Assembly (NCBI RefSeq): GCF_900187275.1
Contig: NZ_LT906458.1
Span: 870,001-902,000, forward strand
Length of the DNA: 32,000 nt
Direction: 5' to 3'
Source: Pasteurella multocida
GTDB lineage: Bacteria; Pseudomonadota; Gammaproteobacteria; Enterobacterales; Pasteurellaceae
The number at the start of each line of letters is the position of its first letter. The first letter of the stretch is position 1. The notes under the pieces are model-generated. The model saw only the letters and a program-made list of their open reading frames with translations. It was not told the origin of the DNA and did not search any database. Shown here one piece after another: positions 1 to 10,209 of this stretch. The translations under genes were made by a program, and so were the position numbers.

Positions 1-150
1 TTACAACGTTTCCCTATTCAAGATAAAGATTTAGTTTATGTATCAAATGCACCAATGGCAGAATTCCAAAAATTCTTAAAATTAGTGTTTTCTATCACCT
101 CTCCTGTTACGGGTACACTTCATAATATTAATGTAATTAAAAATTTATAA
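1..150 (+). CDS. hexD: Capsular polysaccharide export outer-membrane protein (HexD/BexD/Wza-like), C-terminal fragment, truncated by window edge
   Basis: Open frame from base 1 (LQRFPIQDKDLVYVSNAPMAEFQKFLKLVFSITSPVTGTLHNINVIKNL*) ending TAA 148-150, directly upstream of hexCBA-type genes. Assignment rests largely on context. Confidence 0.75.
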   Translation, partial: LQRFPIQDKDLVYVSNAPMAEFQKFLKLVFSITSPVTGTLHNINVIKNL

Positions 151-159
151 GGATAGAGA

Positions 160-1296
160 ATGATCGAAACAAAAATACAAAAAAATCAATTTAAAAAATG
201 GTCCCGAAAATTTCGAAAAATAAGTACACTCTTTAAATACATGGTAATACTTCCAACATGTTGCTCACTCTTTTATTTTAGTTTATGGGCCTCTGATATT
301 TATATTTCTCAATCGAGTTTTGTTGTGCGCACGCCAAAAAATCAAGCCGCATTAAGTGGTGTCGGTGCCCTCTTACAAAGCTCTGGCTTTGCTCGCGCAC
401 AAGATGATACTTATACTGTACAAGAATTCATGCGTTCACGTTCTACGCTAGAATTATTAGAAAAAAGTATCCCTATCCGCCAGTTTTATGAGGATAAAGG
501 TGATTTATTTAGCCGCTTTAATCCTCTAAACATTTTCTCGGAACAAGAAGCGTTTTATCAATACTTTAGTAAAAAGCTTTCTGTTAATTTTGATTCAGTA
601 TCAGGCATTGCTACGCTCAATATCCGGGCATTCGATCCGAAAGAAGCACAACAAATTAACCAAGAATTGTTAAAACAAGGTGAATATCTTATCAATCGCC
701 TCAATGAGCGTGCGCGAAAAGATACGGTTATGTTTGCTGAACTTGCAGTCAGTGAAGCAGAAAAAAAAGTGACAGAAACTTCTTCTGCATTAAGTAAATA
801 CCGTATTAAAAATGGGGTATTCGATTTACAGTCTCAATCAGAAGTGCAATTGTCTTTAATTTCGACATTGCAAAATGAGCTCATTACGATTCAAACACAA
901 TTAGACCAAGTACGTTCTATTTCACCAAATAACCCTCAAGTGCAAACATTACTTGCGCGAGCAAACAGTATCCGTAAAGAAATGCAACAACAAGTACAGC
1001 AAGTGTTAGGTGGAGGAAATTCAATTGTGACACAAACTGCAGAATATCAACGTTTAGTACTGAATAATACGCTCGCTCAGCAGCAGCTAGGTACTGCAAT
1101 AACGTCATTACAGAATGCCAGATCAGAGGCAGATCGCCAACAATTGTATTTAGAAATCATTAGTTATCCTAATGAACCCGATTTGGCCTTAGAACCTTAC
1201 CGTTTATACAATATTCTTGCTACGTTATTTATTTCTTTAATTTTATATGGCATTACTCTTCTCTTATTAGCCAGCATTCGAGAGCATAAAAATTAA
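160..1296 (+). CDS. hexC: Capsule polysaccharide export inner-membrane protein (KpsE/BexC/HexC family)
   Basis: 378-aa ORF with an N-terminal TM segment, coiled-coil periplasmic region and C-terminal TM segment; family-typical LYNILATLFISLILYGI. Good RBS (ggatag). Confidence 0.88.
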   Translation: MIETKIQKNQFKKWSRKFRKISTLFKYMVILPTCCSLFYFSLWASDIYISQSSFVVRTPKNQAALSGVGALLQSSGFARAQDDTYTVQEFMRSRSTLELLEKSIPIRQFYEDKGDLFSRFNPLNIFSEQEAFYQYFSKKLSVNFDSVSGIATLNIRAFDPKEAQQINQELLKQGEYLINRLNERARKDTVMFAELAVSEAEKKVTETSSALSKYRIKNGVFDLQSQSEVQLSLISTLQNELITIQTQLDQVRSISPNNPQVQTLLARANSIRKEMQQQVQQVLGGGNSIVTQTAEYQRLVLNNTLAQQQLGTAITSLQNARSEADRQQLYLEIISYPNEPDLALEPYRLYNILATLFISLILYGITLLLLASIREHKN

Positions 1297-2093
1297 TGTT
1301 ATACGATGACCAAACTACACTAAAACACGCTTTTATCATTCAAAATAGAGTGATTGGCGCTCTCCTAATGCGAGAGATCATCACACGCTATGGCAGAAAG
1401 AACCTCGGTTTTTTATGGCTATTTGTTGAACCGCTCTTAATGACAGGGCTAATTGTGATCTTGTGGAGTACCTTCCGCGCAGATCAATTTTCTAACCTGA
1501 ATATCATGGCATTCATGATCACAGGCTACCCGTTGATGATGATGTGGCGCAATGCATCAAATAGGGCGATTGGTGCGGTTTCTGCCAATAGTACCCTACT
1601 CTATCATCGTAATGTCAGAGTGCTTGACACGTTAATTGCTAGGATGATCTTGGAAATATCCGGTGCAACCATTGCTCAAGTCGTTTTAATGAGTTTTTGT
1701 ATTGCACTGGATTGGATACCTATGCCACAGGATATTTTCTATATGCTACTTGCATGGTTTTTGATGGCGATATTTGCAATCGGATTTGGCTTTATTATTT
1801 GTTCTATATCGCATCATATTGAAGTATTCGGTAAATTGTGGGGAATACTAAGCTTTGCGATGATGCCATTATCTGGCACCTTCTTTTTTGTTTACAATCT
1901 CCCCCCACAAGCGAGAGAATATTTACTCTGGATGCCAATGATTCATGGTTCAGAAATGTTCAGACACGGGTACTTTGGTGATTCTGTTATTACACTAGAA
2001 AATCCTTATTTCCTCATTTTATGTGACTTAATTTTTCTACTAATTGGGTTATTAATGGTTGCACACTTCAGTAAAGGGATAGAACCTCGATGA
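1296..2093 (+). CDS. hexB: Capsule polysaccharide ABC-transporter permease (KpsM/BexB/HexB family)
   Basis: 265-aa polytopic membrane protein ([24 protein letters not shown]), overlapping hexC stop and hexA start. Confidence 0.92.
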   Translation: MLYDDQTTLKHAFIIQNRVIGALLMREIITRYGRKNLGFLWLFVEPLLMTGLIVILWSTFRADQFSNLNIMAFMITGYPLMMMWRNASNRAIGAVSANSTLLYHRNVRVLDTLIARMILEISGATIAQVVLMSFCIALDWIPMPQDIFYMLLAWFLMAIFAIGFGFIICSISHHIEVFGKLWGILSFAMMPLSGTFFFVYNLPPQAREYLLWMPMIHGSEMFRHGYFGDSVITLENPYFLILCDLIFLLIGLLMVAHFSKGIEPR

Positions 2094-2749
2094 TTTATGT
2101 AGAAAACGTCTGTAAAAAATACCTTAATCGTACGGGGTGGCATACCGTATTAGACGATGTGAGTTTCTCACTTAGAAAAGGGCAAAAAGTCGGTATCCTC
2201 GGAAAAAATGGGGCAGGGAAATCAACCCTTATCCGTTTACTCAGTGGTGTGGAACCACCTACATCAGGAAAAATTACACGTAAAATGAGCATATCTTGGC
2301 CATTAGGCTTCAGTGGTGCATTCCAAGGTAGCTTAACGGGTATGGATAATTTACGTTTTATTGCGAGGATCTATAATGCAGATATCGATTATGTAAAGCG
2401 TTTTACTGAAGAGTTCTCTGAGCTAGGTAAATACTTATATGAGCCAGTACGAACCTATTCATCAGGGATGAAAGCTCGCTTAGCTTTCGCTTTATCACTT
2501 TCTATCGAATTTGATTGTTATCTGATTGATGAAATTATTGCAGTTGGTGATGCACGCTTTGCTGATAAGTGTAAATATGAGTTATTTGAGAAAAGAAAAG
2601 ATCGTTCATTGATCTTAGTTTCTCATAGCCCGAATGCAATTCGAGAATATTGTGATAATGCGATGGTTCTCCATAATGGCATTATGCATCATTTCAATTC
2701 CATTGATATTGCATATCAATTTCATAATAATGCATTACAAACCAAATAA
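2090..2749 (+). CDS. hexA: Capsule polysaccharide ABC-transporter ATP-binding protein (KpsT/BexA/HexA family)
   Basis: Walker [10 protein letters not shown], signature [14 protein letters not shown], Walker B CYLIDE; ATGA overlap with hexB. Confidence 0.94.
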   Translation: MIYVENVCKKYLNRTGWHTVLDDVSFSLRKGQKVGILGKNGAGKSTLIRLLSGVEPPTSGKITRKMSISWPLGFSGAFQGSLTGMDNLRFIARIYNADIDYVKRFTEEFSELGKYLYEPVRTYSSGMKARLAFALSLSIEFDCYLIDEIIAVGDARFADKCKYELFEKRKDRSLILVSHSPNAIREYCDNAMVLHNGIMHHFNSIDIAYQFHNNALQTK

Positions 2750-2751
2750 CA

Positions 2752-2774
2752 AAAACCCGCTTATCGCGGGTTTT
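2752..2774. terminator. Bidirectional rho-independent terminator between hexA and grxD
   Basis: AAAACCCGC-TTATC-GCGGGTTTT between convergent genes. Confidence 0.85.
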
Positions 2775-2784
2775 ATTTTGACTT

Positions 2785-3126
2785 TTATTCCTGAGGATAT
2801 TTTGCTGCAACATCAGCTAATAGCGTTTGTAACTCACCTTGTTGGAACATTTCTAAAATAATGTCACAACCACCGACTAATTCTCCATCAACCCATAATT
2901 GTGGGAAAGTTGGCCAATTTGCATAAGCTGGTAACTCAGCACGAATATCTGGATGTTGTAAGATATCCACATAACCAAAAGGCACTTTGCAATGCATAAG
3001 GGCTTCTACGGCACGTGCAGAGAAACCGCATGATGGGAATTTTGGTGAGCCTTTCATGTAAATAAGAATAGGGTTTTCACTGATTTGTTTTTTGATTTTA
3101 TCTAAGGTTTCCATAATTTTCCTCAA
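2785..3126 (-). CDS. grxD: Monothiol glutaredoxin (Grx4 type)
   Basis: 113 aa with CGFS active site and ENPILIYMKGSPKFPSCGFSARAVEAL. True start may be the internal Met of METLDKIKKQ. Confidence 0.93.
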   Translation of the reverse strand: MRKIMETLDKIKKQISENPILIYMKGSPKFPSCGFSARAVEALMHCKVPFGYVDILQHPDIRAELPAYANWPTFPQLWVDGELVGGCDIILEMFQQGELQTLLADVAAKYPQE

Positions 3127-3198
3127 AAGTAATGAAACGGTGTTATTGTAGCATACAGAAAAAGCGCAACCAATAACCCGACTAAAATAATCAACTAC

Positions 3199-3963
3199 TC
3201 ACCAACTTCCACCGGCACCGCCACCGCCAAAACTTCCTCCGCCGAATCCTCCACCAGATCCACCGCCACCAAAGCCACCAAAACCACCGTTACCACCCGA
3301 GCGGCGTCGGTAACGTGGTAAAGAAGATGTACGTGATGTCGACTGATGACGACTTGGACTCACATAATCACCGGGTAAGAATTCATTGAACAAGATAAAC
3401 GCGACAAAAATAGCAATCATCAAGAAAGGAATATACTCTTCCCATGTTTCTTCCACTACTTGACTCGCATCAAACTCCCCTTTACTTGCGGCAATGAGAT
3501 AATCTAATCCTTGATGAATTCCCATCGCGTATTGTTCTTCTTTAAAGTGCGGTGTAATTTGGTTGCGAATTAATTGGGATAAGAAAGCATCGGGTAATAC
3601 CCCCTCCAGACCTTGTCCTACGGCAATAAACATTTTGCGGTCTTGCTTAGCTACGAGCATTAATACGCCATTATCTAATTGCTTACGTCCAATGCCCCAC
3701 TTATCCCCTAATTCAAACGCATATTGTGAAATATCATACTCTTGTGTAGAAGGAATGATCACCACTGCAATCTGTGAACTAGTTTCTTGCCCATAATGAT
3801 GCAGTTTACGCTCCAATACCGCCTTATCATTGTCTGATAATGTATGGGTATAATCATTCACATATTGAAATGGATTTGGTACGGGGGGAAAGTGTGCTGA
3901 AAATACCGGCATAGCACACAAAATTGTGACAAAAAACACCGCACTTTTTAGCCATTTACCCAT
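3199..3963 (-). CDS. TPM_phosphatase (YgcG-like) domain protein with signal peptide, C-terminal TM and Gly-rich tail
   Basis: 254 aa; signal peptide, YVNDYTHTLSDNDKAVLERKLHHYGQETSSQIAVVII, C-terminal GGNGGFGGFGGGGSGGGFGGG...GGSW. Confidence 0.85.
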   Translation of the reverse strand: MGKWLKSAVFFVTILCAMPVFSAHFPPVPNPFQYVNDYTHTLSDNDKAVLERKLHHYGQETSSQIAVVIIPSTQEYDISQYAFELGDKWGIGRKQLDNGVLMLVAKQDRKMFIAVGQGLEGVLPDAFLSQLIRNQITPHFKEEQYAMGIHQGLDYLIAASKGEFDASQVVEETWEEYIPFLMIAIFVAFILFNEFLPGDYVSPSRHQSTSRTSSLPRYRRRSGGNGGFGGFGGGGSGGGFGGGSFGGGGAGGSW

Positions 3964-4405
3964 TGATAATTACCTCATTATCCAGTTCATTTTTATCATC
4001 TGGTTGAATAGGAAAATAGTTTGCTAATTCTTTAGCGATATTGTCAATGGCGACAATAATTCCTTGCGTATACGCATTTTGGCGGAAATGGCTTATCATC
4101 AGATCACATTGTTGTTGCCAAAATGCATCACCAACGTATTGATGAATCCCTTGATCACCAATAATCGCACACTGATGCGCGCGAAAGGCCACGTAAATTA
4201 ACACGCCATTATGGGCTTCTGTTGCTTGCATGCCGAGTTCATCAAAAATCTGTAATGCTCGTTCAAACCCCGTGTTCACTTGTGCCTTGCGAGGTATTTT
4301 ACGTTCTACATATACCCTTAATTCAGCCGAAGTTTGCTTTTCAAGTTGAAAAATTGCTTTTTCAACTTGTTGTTTATCAATAGGAATCTTTGAAAATAAC
4401 GGCAT
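3956..4405 (-). CDS. TPM-domain protein, second paralogue
   Basis: 149 aa; LRVYVERK...RALQIFDELGMQATEAHNGVLIYVAFRAHQCAIIGDQGIHQYVG is typical of the small TPM paralogue that accompanies LemA. Confidence 0.8.
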   Translation of the reverse strand: MPLFSKIPIDKQQVEKAIFQLEKQTSAELRVYVERKIPRKAQVNTGFERALQIFDELGMQATEAHNGVLIYVAFRAHQCAIIGDQGIHQYVGDAFWQQQCDLMISHFRQNAYTQGIIVAIDNIAKELANYFPIQPDDKNELDNEVIING

Positions 4406-4431
4406 GTTTTGTCTTCTTTCGTAGAAATAAA

Positions 4432-5013
4432 TTACTTAAAATTGACAACAGGCGCAGTTTCAGCACTTTCAGCTGATTTAAAATACGGTTTTTCCTTGAA
4501 ACCAAATAATATTGCAACTAATTTAGTTGGGAATTGGCGTACTTTTTGATTATACACGCGCGCTGCTTCGTTAAATTTATTACGTGCAACATTGATACGA
4601 TTTTCTGTCCCTTCTAATTGCGCTTGTAAATTCATAAAACCTTCATTGGCTTTTAGCGTTGGATATTGCTCAACTGTCACTAATAAACGTGATAGTGCTG
4701 AACTCACTTCATTTTGATTTTGTTGGAATTTCGCAAGTTGTTCTTCGGAAAGATTCGCCGGGTCAATTTTCGTTTGTGTCGCTTTGGCTCGCGCTTCTAT
4801 CACTTGCGTTAAAGTATTTTTTTCAAAATCAGCCTGCCCTTTCACCGTATTGACTAAGTTGGGGATTAGATCCGCTCGACGTTGATAAGATGATTCGACA
4901 TTAGCCCAAACTGATTCGATTTCTTCCTCTGCTTTGACTAAACCATTGTAACTCCCTGTTAACGTAAAGCCCGCTACAATAGCCACGATGATGAGAACAA
5001 TCCACTTTTTCAT
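4432..5013 (-). CDS. lemA: LemA family protein
   Basis: 193 aa; N-terminal TM, NLVNTVKGQADFEKNTLTQVIEARAKA, ARNKFNEAARVYN; heads the TPM cluster. Confidence 0.9.
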   Translation of the reverse strand: MKKWIVLIIVAIVAGFTLTGSYNGLVKAEEEIESVWANVESSYQRRADLIPNLVNTVKGQADFEKNTLTQVIEARAKATQTKIDPANLSEEQLAKFQQNQNEVSSALSRLLVTVEQYPTLKANEGFMNLQAQLEGTENRINVARNKFNEAARVYNQKVRQFPTKLVAILFGFKEKPYFKSAESAETAPVVNFK

Positions 5014-5050
5014 TTTCCGTTCCTCAAATAAAATATCAATTTATAAAACA

Positions 5051-5078
5051 AAAGACCTAAACATAGGTTTAGGTCTTT
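5051..5078 (-). terminator. Rho-independent terminator downstream of ompA
   Basis: AAAGACCTAAAC-ATAG-GTTTAGGTCTTT perfect 12-bp stem; T-rich tract on minus strand side. Confidence 0.7.
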
Positions 5079-5109
5079 TTATATTCTTGCTATAAGTTTA
5101 ACAAATTAA

Positions 5110-6168
5110 TTATTTGTTACCTTTAACAGCGATTTCAACGCGACGATCGTCAGCTAAACATGCGATAAGTGCTTTACGACCTTTAACTGAATCACATTTG
5201 TTACCAGTTACAGGGTTCGCTTCACCATGACCTGTTGCGCTGATAGCGTTTTGTGCAACACCTTTCGCTACTAAGTAGTTAGCCACAGTGTCAGCACGAC
5301 GTTGTGATAATTTTAAGTTGTATGCATCAGAACCTAAACGGTCTGTGTAACCTGCAACTGCTACAGAAGCAGATTTTAACTGAGCGATTTCACCATAGAT
5401 ACCATCTAACACGTTTTGTGCAGCTGGTTTTAAGTCAGCTTTATCGAAACCGAATGTCACATCAGAGTTTAATGTGAATGTTTTGCTCACAACTTCTGGT
5501 ACATAAACAGATTGACCGAAACGGTAAGATAAACCAGCTGTTACAGAACCGATATCTGGTCTGTAATCTACGCGCTCACCTTTAGCATCTTTTAATTTAC
5601 CAACATTATTTAACCATTGATATTCAACACGTAAAGCAAGCTCAGGCATAAACGCATATTCTAAACCACCCGCAAATACTGGAGATACTTGCGTGCTATG
5701 AGTTCTCTTCAAGAACGATAAATCTGCAGGTTCTTTGTCATAAACTTTATAATCAGAACGTACTAATGCTGCACCAACACGCGCATAAACGTCCAAACCA
5801 TCAAGTACCGGGTAGCTTGCTTTTAAGCTTAAATGTGCACCATGGTTAGTGTGTTTTGCTGCATCTACTGTTTCCTTAGTTTTTGGATCAGTAGCACGTA
5901 CCTTCGCACGACCAAAATCATCATAGCCTAACTCTACTGCGAAATTATCCGTGATTTGATACCCACCAAATACACCGTAAGTAACACTATTACGTTTGAA
6001 ACCGAAAGAAATTGGTTCTTCGATTTTTTCAATTTGATTTAAACCATCGTGGAAAGATGCCCAACCTGCTTTAGCACCTACATAGAATGTGTTAGGTTGT
6101 GGTGCAGCTTGTGCAACTGAAGCTGCGGCTAGTGCAGCGATAGTCAATGCGATTGCAGTTTTTTTCAT
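5110..6168 (-). CDS. ompA: OmpA-family outer membrane protein (P5-like), beta-barrel plus peptidoglycan-binding OmpA domain
   Basis: 352 aa; signal peptide MKKTAIALTIAALAAASVAQAA, barrel repeats, VAGYTDRLGSDAYNLKLSQRRADTVANYLVAKG. Confidence 0.95.
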   Translation of the reverse strand: MKKTAIALTIAALAAASVAQAAPQPNTFYVGAKAGWASFHDGLNQIEKIEEPISFGFKRNSVTYGVFGGYQITDNFAVELGYDDFGRAKVRATDPKTKETVDAAKHTNHGAHLSLKASYPVLDGLDVYARVGAALVRSDYKVYDKEPADLSFLKRTHSTQVSPVFAGGLEYAFMPELALRVEYQWLNNVGKLKDAKGERVDYRPDIGSVTAGLSYRFGQSVYVPEVVSKTFTLNSDVTFGFDKADLKPAAQNVLDGIYGEIAQLKSASVAVAGYTDRLGSDAYNLKLSQRRADTVANYLVAKGVAQNAISATGHGEANPVTGNKCDSVKGRKALIACLADDRRVEIAVKGNK

Positions 6169-6422
6169 TTGGATGATCCTCTTAATTTAGTCATCTTTAA
6201 AATTAAAACCAAGTTTTAGCTAAAGCAATTTTAATTAAAACTTGGAACACAACAATTTGTGTTCATTTTCATCTTAAACTTTTTCGACTTAAAAGTGAAC
6301 TCTTTTTAATCTACTCAGTCTAATTCCTTACATCGATATGGGGGAATTTGCCCTAATTGCTTTTGACAAATTCTTTCCTTTAATTAAATACTTAAGCTAA
6401 AGGAATATTCAAAAGTACCTAT

Positions 6423-6451
6423 ATTATCCTACCTTAATATTGTCAGGTCAA
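6423..6451 (-). promoter_or_regulatory. Candidate sigma70 promoter for ompA with long leader
   Basis: On the minus strand: -35 TTGACC (6446-6451), 17-bp spacer, -10 GATAAT (6423-6428). By sequence pattern only. Confidence 0.45.
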
Positions 6452-6692
6452 ACTGTTTTTAGTAACACTGTATAAAGTTTAATCAAAAAAGAGGCAAAAT
6501 AGTTCAAAAAACAATCAAACGATATTATTTTTTATACGCTTACCTGATTTTCTCCCACCTCAAAAGCCCCTTTTTCGTGAAAAATTTCCATCTAAATTCT
6601 ACGATTCTATGTTAAACTCTGAACACGATATATACCTAATGACCCCCTTATAACAATTAATCGAATATTAACTTTTATTTTGAATTAACAGA

Positions 6693-9600
6693 GTGATTAA
6701 TATGCTACCTCGTTTGACAAATATCCCACAGCTTACACCACTTGTTTCTGCTTATTTAAATGATTTACAAGCACAACACTTTGAAGGGGATATTTCCACA
6801 CATTATGCGGAACGTTTAAGTTTAGCCACTGATAACAGTGTTTATCAGCAACTGCCACAAGCAATTTTATTTCCTAAAAGTATCGCAGATGTGGTCAGAT
6901 TAACCAAGCTAGCTCAACAACATGCCTATAAAAGCTTGACGTTTACTCCTCGTGGTGGTGGAACTGGTACTAACGGACAATCCTTAAACAATAATATTAT
7001 TGTTGATCTCTCTCGCCATATGACAGCGATTTTAGAACTGAATGTAGAACAACGTTGGGTAAAAGTACAAGCGGGTGTGGTCAAGGATCAACTTAATCAA
7101 TTTTTAAAACCTTATGGTTTATTCTTCTCGCCAGAACTTTCTACCAGTAACCGTGCTACTTTAGGCGGTATGATCAATACCGATGCTTCAGGACAAGGTT
7201 CCTTACAATACGGTAAAACCTCTGATCACGTTTTGGGATTACGTGCGGTGTTAATGAATGGCGAGATTTTAGAAACCAGTGCGATCAAAACAGAAGAATT
7301 TGCTGACAATTTGGTTCAATCCCATCTGTCCAAAAGTCATCAATATTTACACCAAGAAATTTTCCAACGTTGCCAGCAAAAACGAGCACAAATCCTGCAT
7401 GATTTGCCTCAATTAAACCGTTTTATTACTGGCTATGATCTGAAAAACGTCTTTAATCATGACGAAAGTGAATTCAACTTAACTCGAATTTTAACTGGCT
7501 CAGAAGGCTCTTTGGCTTTTATTTGTGAAGCAACACTCGATCTGACAGCGATTCCACAATATCGTACTTTAATTAATGTGAAATACAGTTCCTTTGATGC
7601 GGCATTACGCAATGCCCCTTTTATGGTAAAAGCGAATGCACTTTCAGTGGAAACCGTTGATTCAAAAGTCTTAAACTTAGCTAAGCAGGATATTATTTGG
7701 CATTCCGTCAGCGAATTGTTGACTGAACAAGAAGAAAACCCGATTCTAGGGCTCAATATCGTGGAGTACGCTAGCAACGATAAAGGGCAAATTCATCGAC
7801 AAGTACAGGCACTTTGTGCGGAACTCGATAAAAAAATCACTCATCAGCAAGATGCGATTATCGGCTATCAAGTCTGCTCAGATTTAGCGTCGATTGAACG
7901 CATTTATGCGATGCGCAAAAAAGCTGTGGGATTATTAGGCAACGCGAAAGGGATGGCAAAGCCGATTCCTTTTGTGGAAGACAGCTGTGTGCCACCTGAG
8001 CATCTGGCGGACTATATTGCAGAATTTCGTGCCCTATTGGATGCCCACAAATTAGATTACGGCATGTTTGGTCATGTGGACGCCGGTGTGTTACATGTTC
8101 GTCCTGCCTTAAATTTATGTGATAAAGCACAAGTAAAACTGTTTAAAGAAATTTCTGACCAAGTGGTCGCTCTGACCCATAAATATGGTGGTTTAATTTG
8201 GGGGGAACACGGTAAAGGTATGCGTTCACAGTATGGCGAAACCTTTTTCACTCCTGAGTTATGGCAAGAATTGCGCTATATTAAGTTTTTATTTGACCCA
8301 GATAACCGCTTAAATCCGGGTAAAATCTGCACACCTTTAAACAGCAACGCAGAACTCTACTCTATTATTTCACCAATGCGTGCTGATCATGATCGACAAA
8401 TCCCCATTCAAATGCGTGAAACATTTAATGGTGCGATGAACTGTAATGGAAATGGGTTATGCTTTAACTTTGATGTCCACAGTGCAATGTGTCCATCGAT
8501 GAAGATCAGTAAAAATCGCCTCTTTTCACCGAAAGGGCGTGCCAGCATGATCCGTGAATGGCTCCGTTTACTGGCGAATGAAAATGTGACGCCAGAGCAA
8601 TTAAACTTCCGCCACCACGATGTCAAAATGACCGACTTTGTCGCCAAAATACGCAATACTGTGCAAAAATGGCGTGGTGAATATGATTTTTCCCATGAAG
8701 TCAAAGCCGCAATGGATACCTGCTTAGCCTGTAAAGCCTGTGCAAGTCAATGTCCAATTAAAATTGATGTACCGAATTTCCGTGCTAAATTTTTCCATTT
8801 TTACTATGGTCGTTATTTACGTTCTGCTAAAGATCACGTTATCGCCAATGTCGAATATATGGCACCGCTAATGGCAAAAAAACCCGCATTTTTTAATTTC
8901 TTCACGACCTCTAAATTTGCTCAAATGGCGGCAGAGAAAGTCTTAGGGATTGTAGATTTACCCACACTTTCAGAACCGTCACTGGCACAACAATTAATCG
9001 AAATTGATTACCAAGCCTACAGTCTGGAACAATTAGAACGCTTATCTGAACAAGAAAAACAGCGTACCGTACTGATTGTGCAAGACCCTTTTACTTCTTA
9101 TTATGACGCTAAGGTTGTCGCTGATTTTGTTTCACTACTCCAGAAACTGACTTATAAACCTGTGCTGTTGCCATTTAAACCTAACGGTAAAGCGCTACAC
9201 GTCAAAGGCTTCTTGAGCCGATTTGCGAAAACCGCCCAAAATCAAGCGGACGTTTTATCACGTTTAGCGAAATTAGGGATACCAATGGTTGGAGTTGACC
9301 CTGCTATTGTATTGACTTATCGCGATGAATATAAAGAAGTCTTAGGTCAGGCTCGAGGTGACTTTGAAGTCCTAACGTCACAAGAGTGGCTGACAAGCCA
9401 GCAAACACAATTACAAACGCTGATTCAAAATTTTGCCAAAACCGACCGCACTTATCCAACGCAACAATGGTATTTATTTTCGCATTGTACCGAGTCCACC
9501 GCATTGCCCAACAGTGGCAAAGGATGGCAACAACTGTTTGCCTTATTTGGACAAGAATTGAAAATTGAAAATGTCGGTTGTTGCGGTATGGCGGGGACCT

Positions 9601-9788
9601 TTGGGCATGAAACAGCACACTTAACCATGTCAAAAGATATTTATGCTTTATCATGGGCAAAAAAATTAGCCGGAAAAGATCCGCACTTTTGTTTAGCAAC
9701 GGGTTATTCTTGCCGTAGTCAAGTGAAGCGCTTAGAAAAATGGCAACCTCAACATCCCGTACAAGCCTTACTCAGTTTATTAAAATAA
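6693..9788 (+). CDS. ydiJ: YdiJ-family FAD-linked oxidase / D-2-hydroxyacid dehydrogenase with Fe-S and CCG domains
   Basis: 1031 aa; FAD-binding GGGTGTNGQSLN, EEHGKG-like GEHGKGMRSQYG, 4Fe-4S motif CLACKACASQCPIKIDVPNFRAKF, C-terminal CCGMAGTFGHE. Confidence 0.9.
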   Translation: MINMLPRLTNIPQLTPLVSAYLNDLQAQHFEGDISTHYAERLSLATDNSVYQQLPQAILFPKSIADVVRLTKLAQQHAYKSLTFTPRGGGTGTNGQSLNNNIIVDLSRHMTAILELNVEQRWVKVQAGVVKDQLNQFLKPYGLFFSPELSTSNRATLGGMINTDASGQGSLQYGKTSDHVLGLRAVLMNGEILETSAIKTEEFADNLVQSHLSKSHQYLHQEIFQRCQQKRAQILHDLPQLNRFITGYDLKNVFNHDESEFNLTRILTGSEGSLAFICEATLDLTAIPQYRTLINVKYSSFDAALRNAPFMVKANALSVETVDSKVLNLAKQDIIWHSVSELLTEQEENPILGLNIVEYASNDKGQIHRQVQALCAELDKKITHQQDAIIGYQVCSDLASIERIYAMRKKAVGLLGNAKGMAKPIPFVEDSCVPPEHLADYIAEFRALLDAHKLDYGMFGHVDAGVLHVRPALNLCDKAQVKLFKEISDQVVALTHKYGGLIWGEHGKGMRSQYGETFFTPELWQELRYIKFLFDPDNRLNPGKICTPLNSNAELYSIISPMRADHDRQIPIQMRETFNGAMNCNGNGLCFNFDVHSAMCPSMKISKNRLFSPKGRASMIREWLRLLANENVTPEQLNFRHHDVKMTDFVAKIRNTVQKWRGEYDFSHEVKAAMDTCLACKACASQCPIKIDVPNFRAKFFHFYYGRYLRSAKDHVIANVEYMAPLMAKKPAFFNFFTTSKFAQMAAEKVLGIVDLPTLSEPSLAQQLIEIDYQAYSLEQLERLSEQEKQRTVLIVQDPFTSYYDAKVVADFVSLLQKLTYKPVLLPFKPNGKALHVKGFLSRFAKTAQNQADVLSRLAKLGIPMVGVDPAIVLTYRDEYKEVLGQARGDFEVLTSQEWLTSQQTQLQTLIQNFAKTDRTYPTQQWYLFSHCTESTALPNSGKGWQQLFALFGQELKIENVGCCGMAGTFGHETAHLTMSKDIYALSWAKKLAGKDPHFCLATGYSCRSQVKRLEKWQPQHPVQALLSLLK

Positions 9789-9789
9789 G

Positions 9790-10209
9790 ATGATTTGGAA
9801 AAAAAAATATACGCTTGAGCAAATGAACTTGCTTAGCCAAAACACCGCTATTTCGCACCTTGCCATTCAGTTTAGTGCACAAGGGGAAAACTGGTTGGAA
9901 GCCACTATGCCAGTGGATCAACGTACCATTCAACCCATGGGATTTTTGCATGGTGGCCTTTCAGTTGCATTGGCAGAAACAATTGGATCAATGGCGGGTT
10001 TTTGTTGTATAAATGAAAACCAGTTTGTATTGGGCTTAGAAATCAATGCCAATCACTTACGTCCAGTCAAACAAGGGATCGTGACAGCCAGAGCGACACC
10101 CATTCATTTAGGCACACGAACACAGGTTTGGCAAATTGAAATCAAAGATCAGCAAGATCAACTTTGTTGTCTTTCTCGTTTAACGCTTTCAGTGGGGAAT
10201 CATGAATAA
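9790..10209 (+). CDS. menI: Hotdog-fold thioesterase (MenI/YdiI family)
   Basis: 139 aa; [31 protein letters not shown] is the typical MenI/YdiI core. Confidence 0.82.
   Translation: MIWKKKYTLEQMNLLSQNTAISHLAIQFSAQGENWLEATMPVDQRTIQPMGFLHGGLSVALAETIGSMAGFCCINENQFVLGLEINANHLRPVKQGIVTARATPIHLGTRTQVWQIEIKDQQDQLCCLSRLTLSVGNHE

Noticed and set aside
917-1108. Small antisense ORF within hexC
   Set aside because: No RBS or recognisable domain; shadow ORF opposite a well-supported gene.
7457-9699. Antisense and alternate-frame ORFs inside ydiJ (7457-7777, 7858-8130, 8408-8704, 9304-9699, 9386-9568)
   Set aside because: All overlap a clearly coding gene and lack recognisable family features; typical shadow ORFs.
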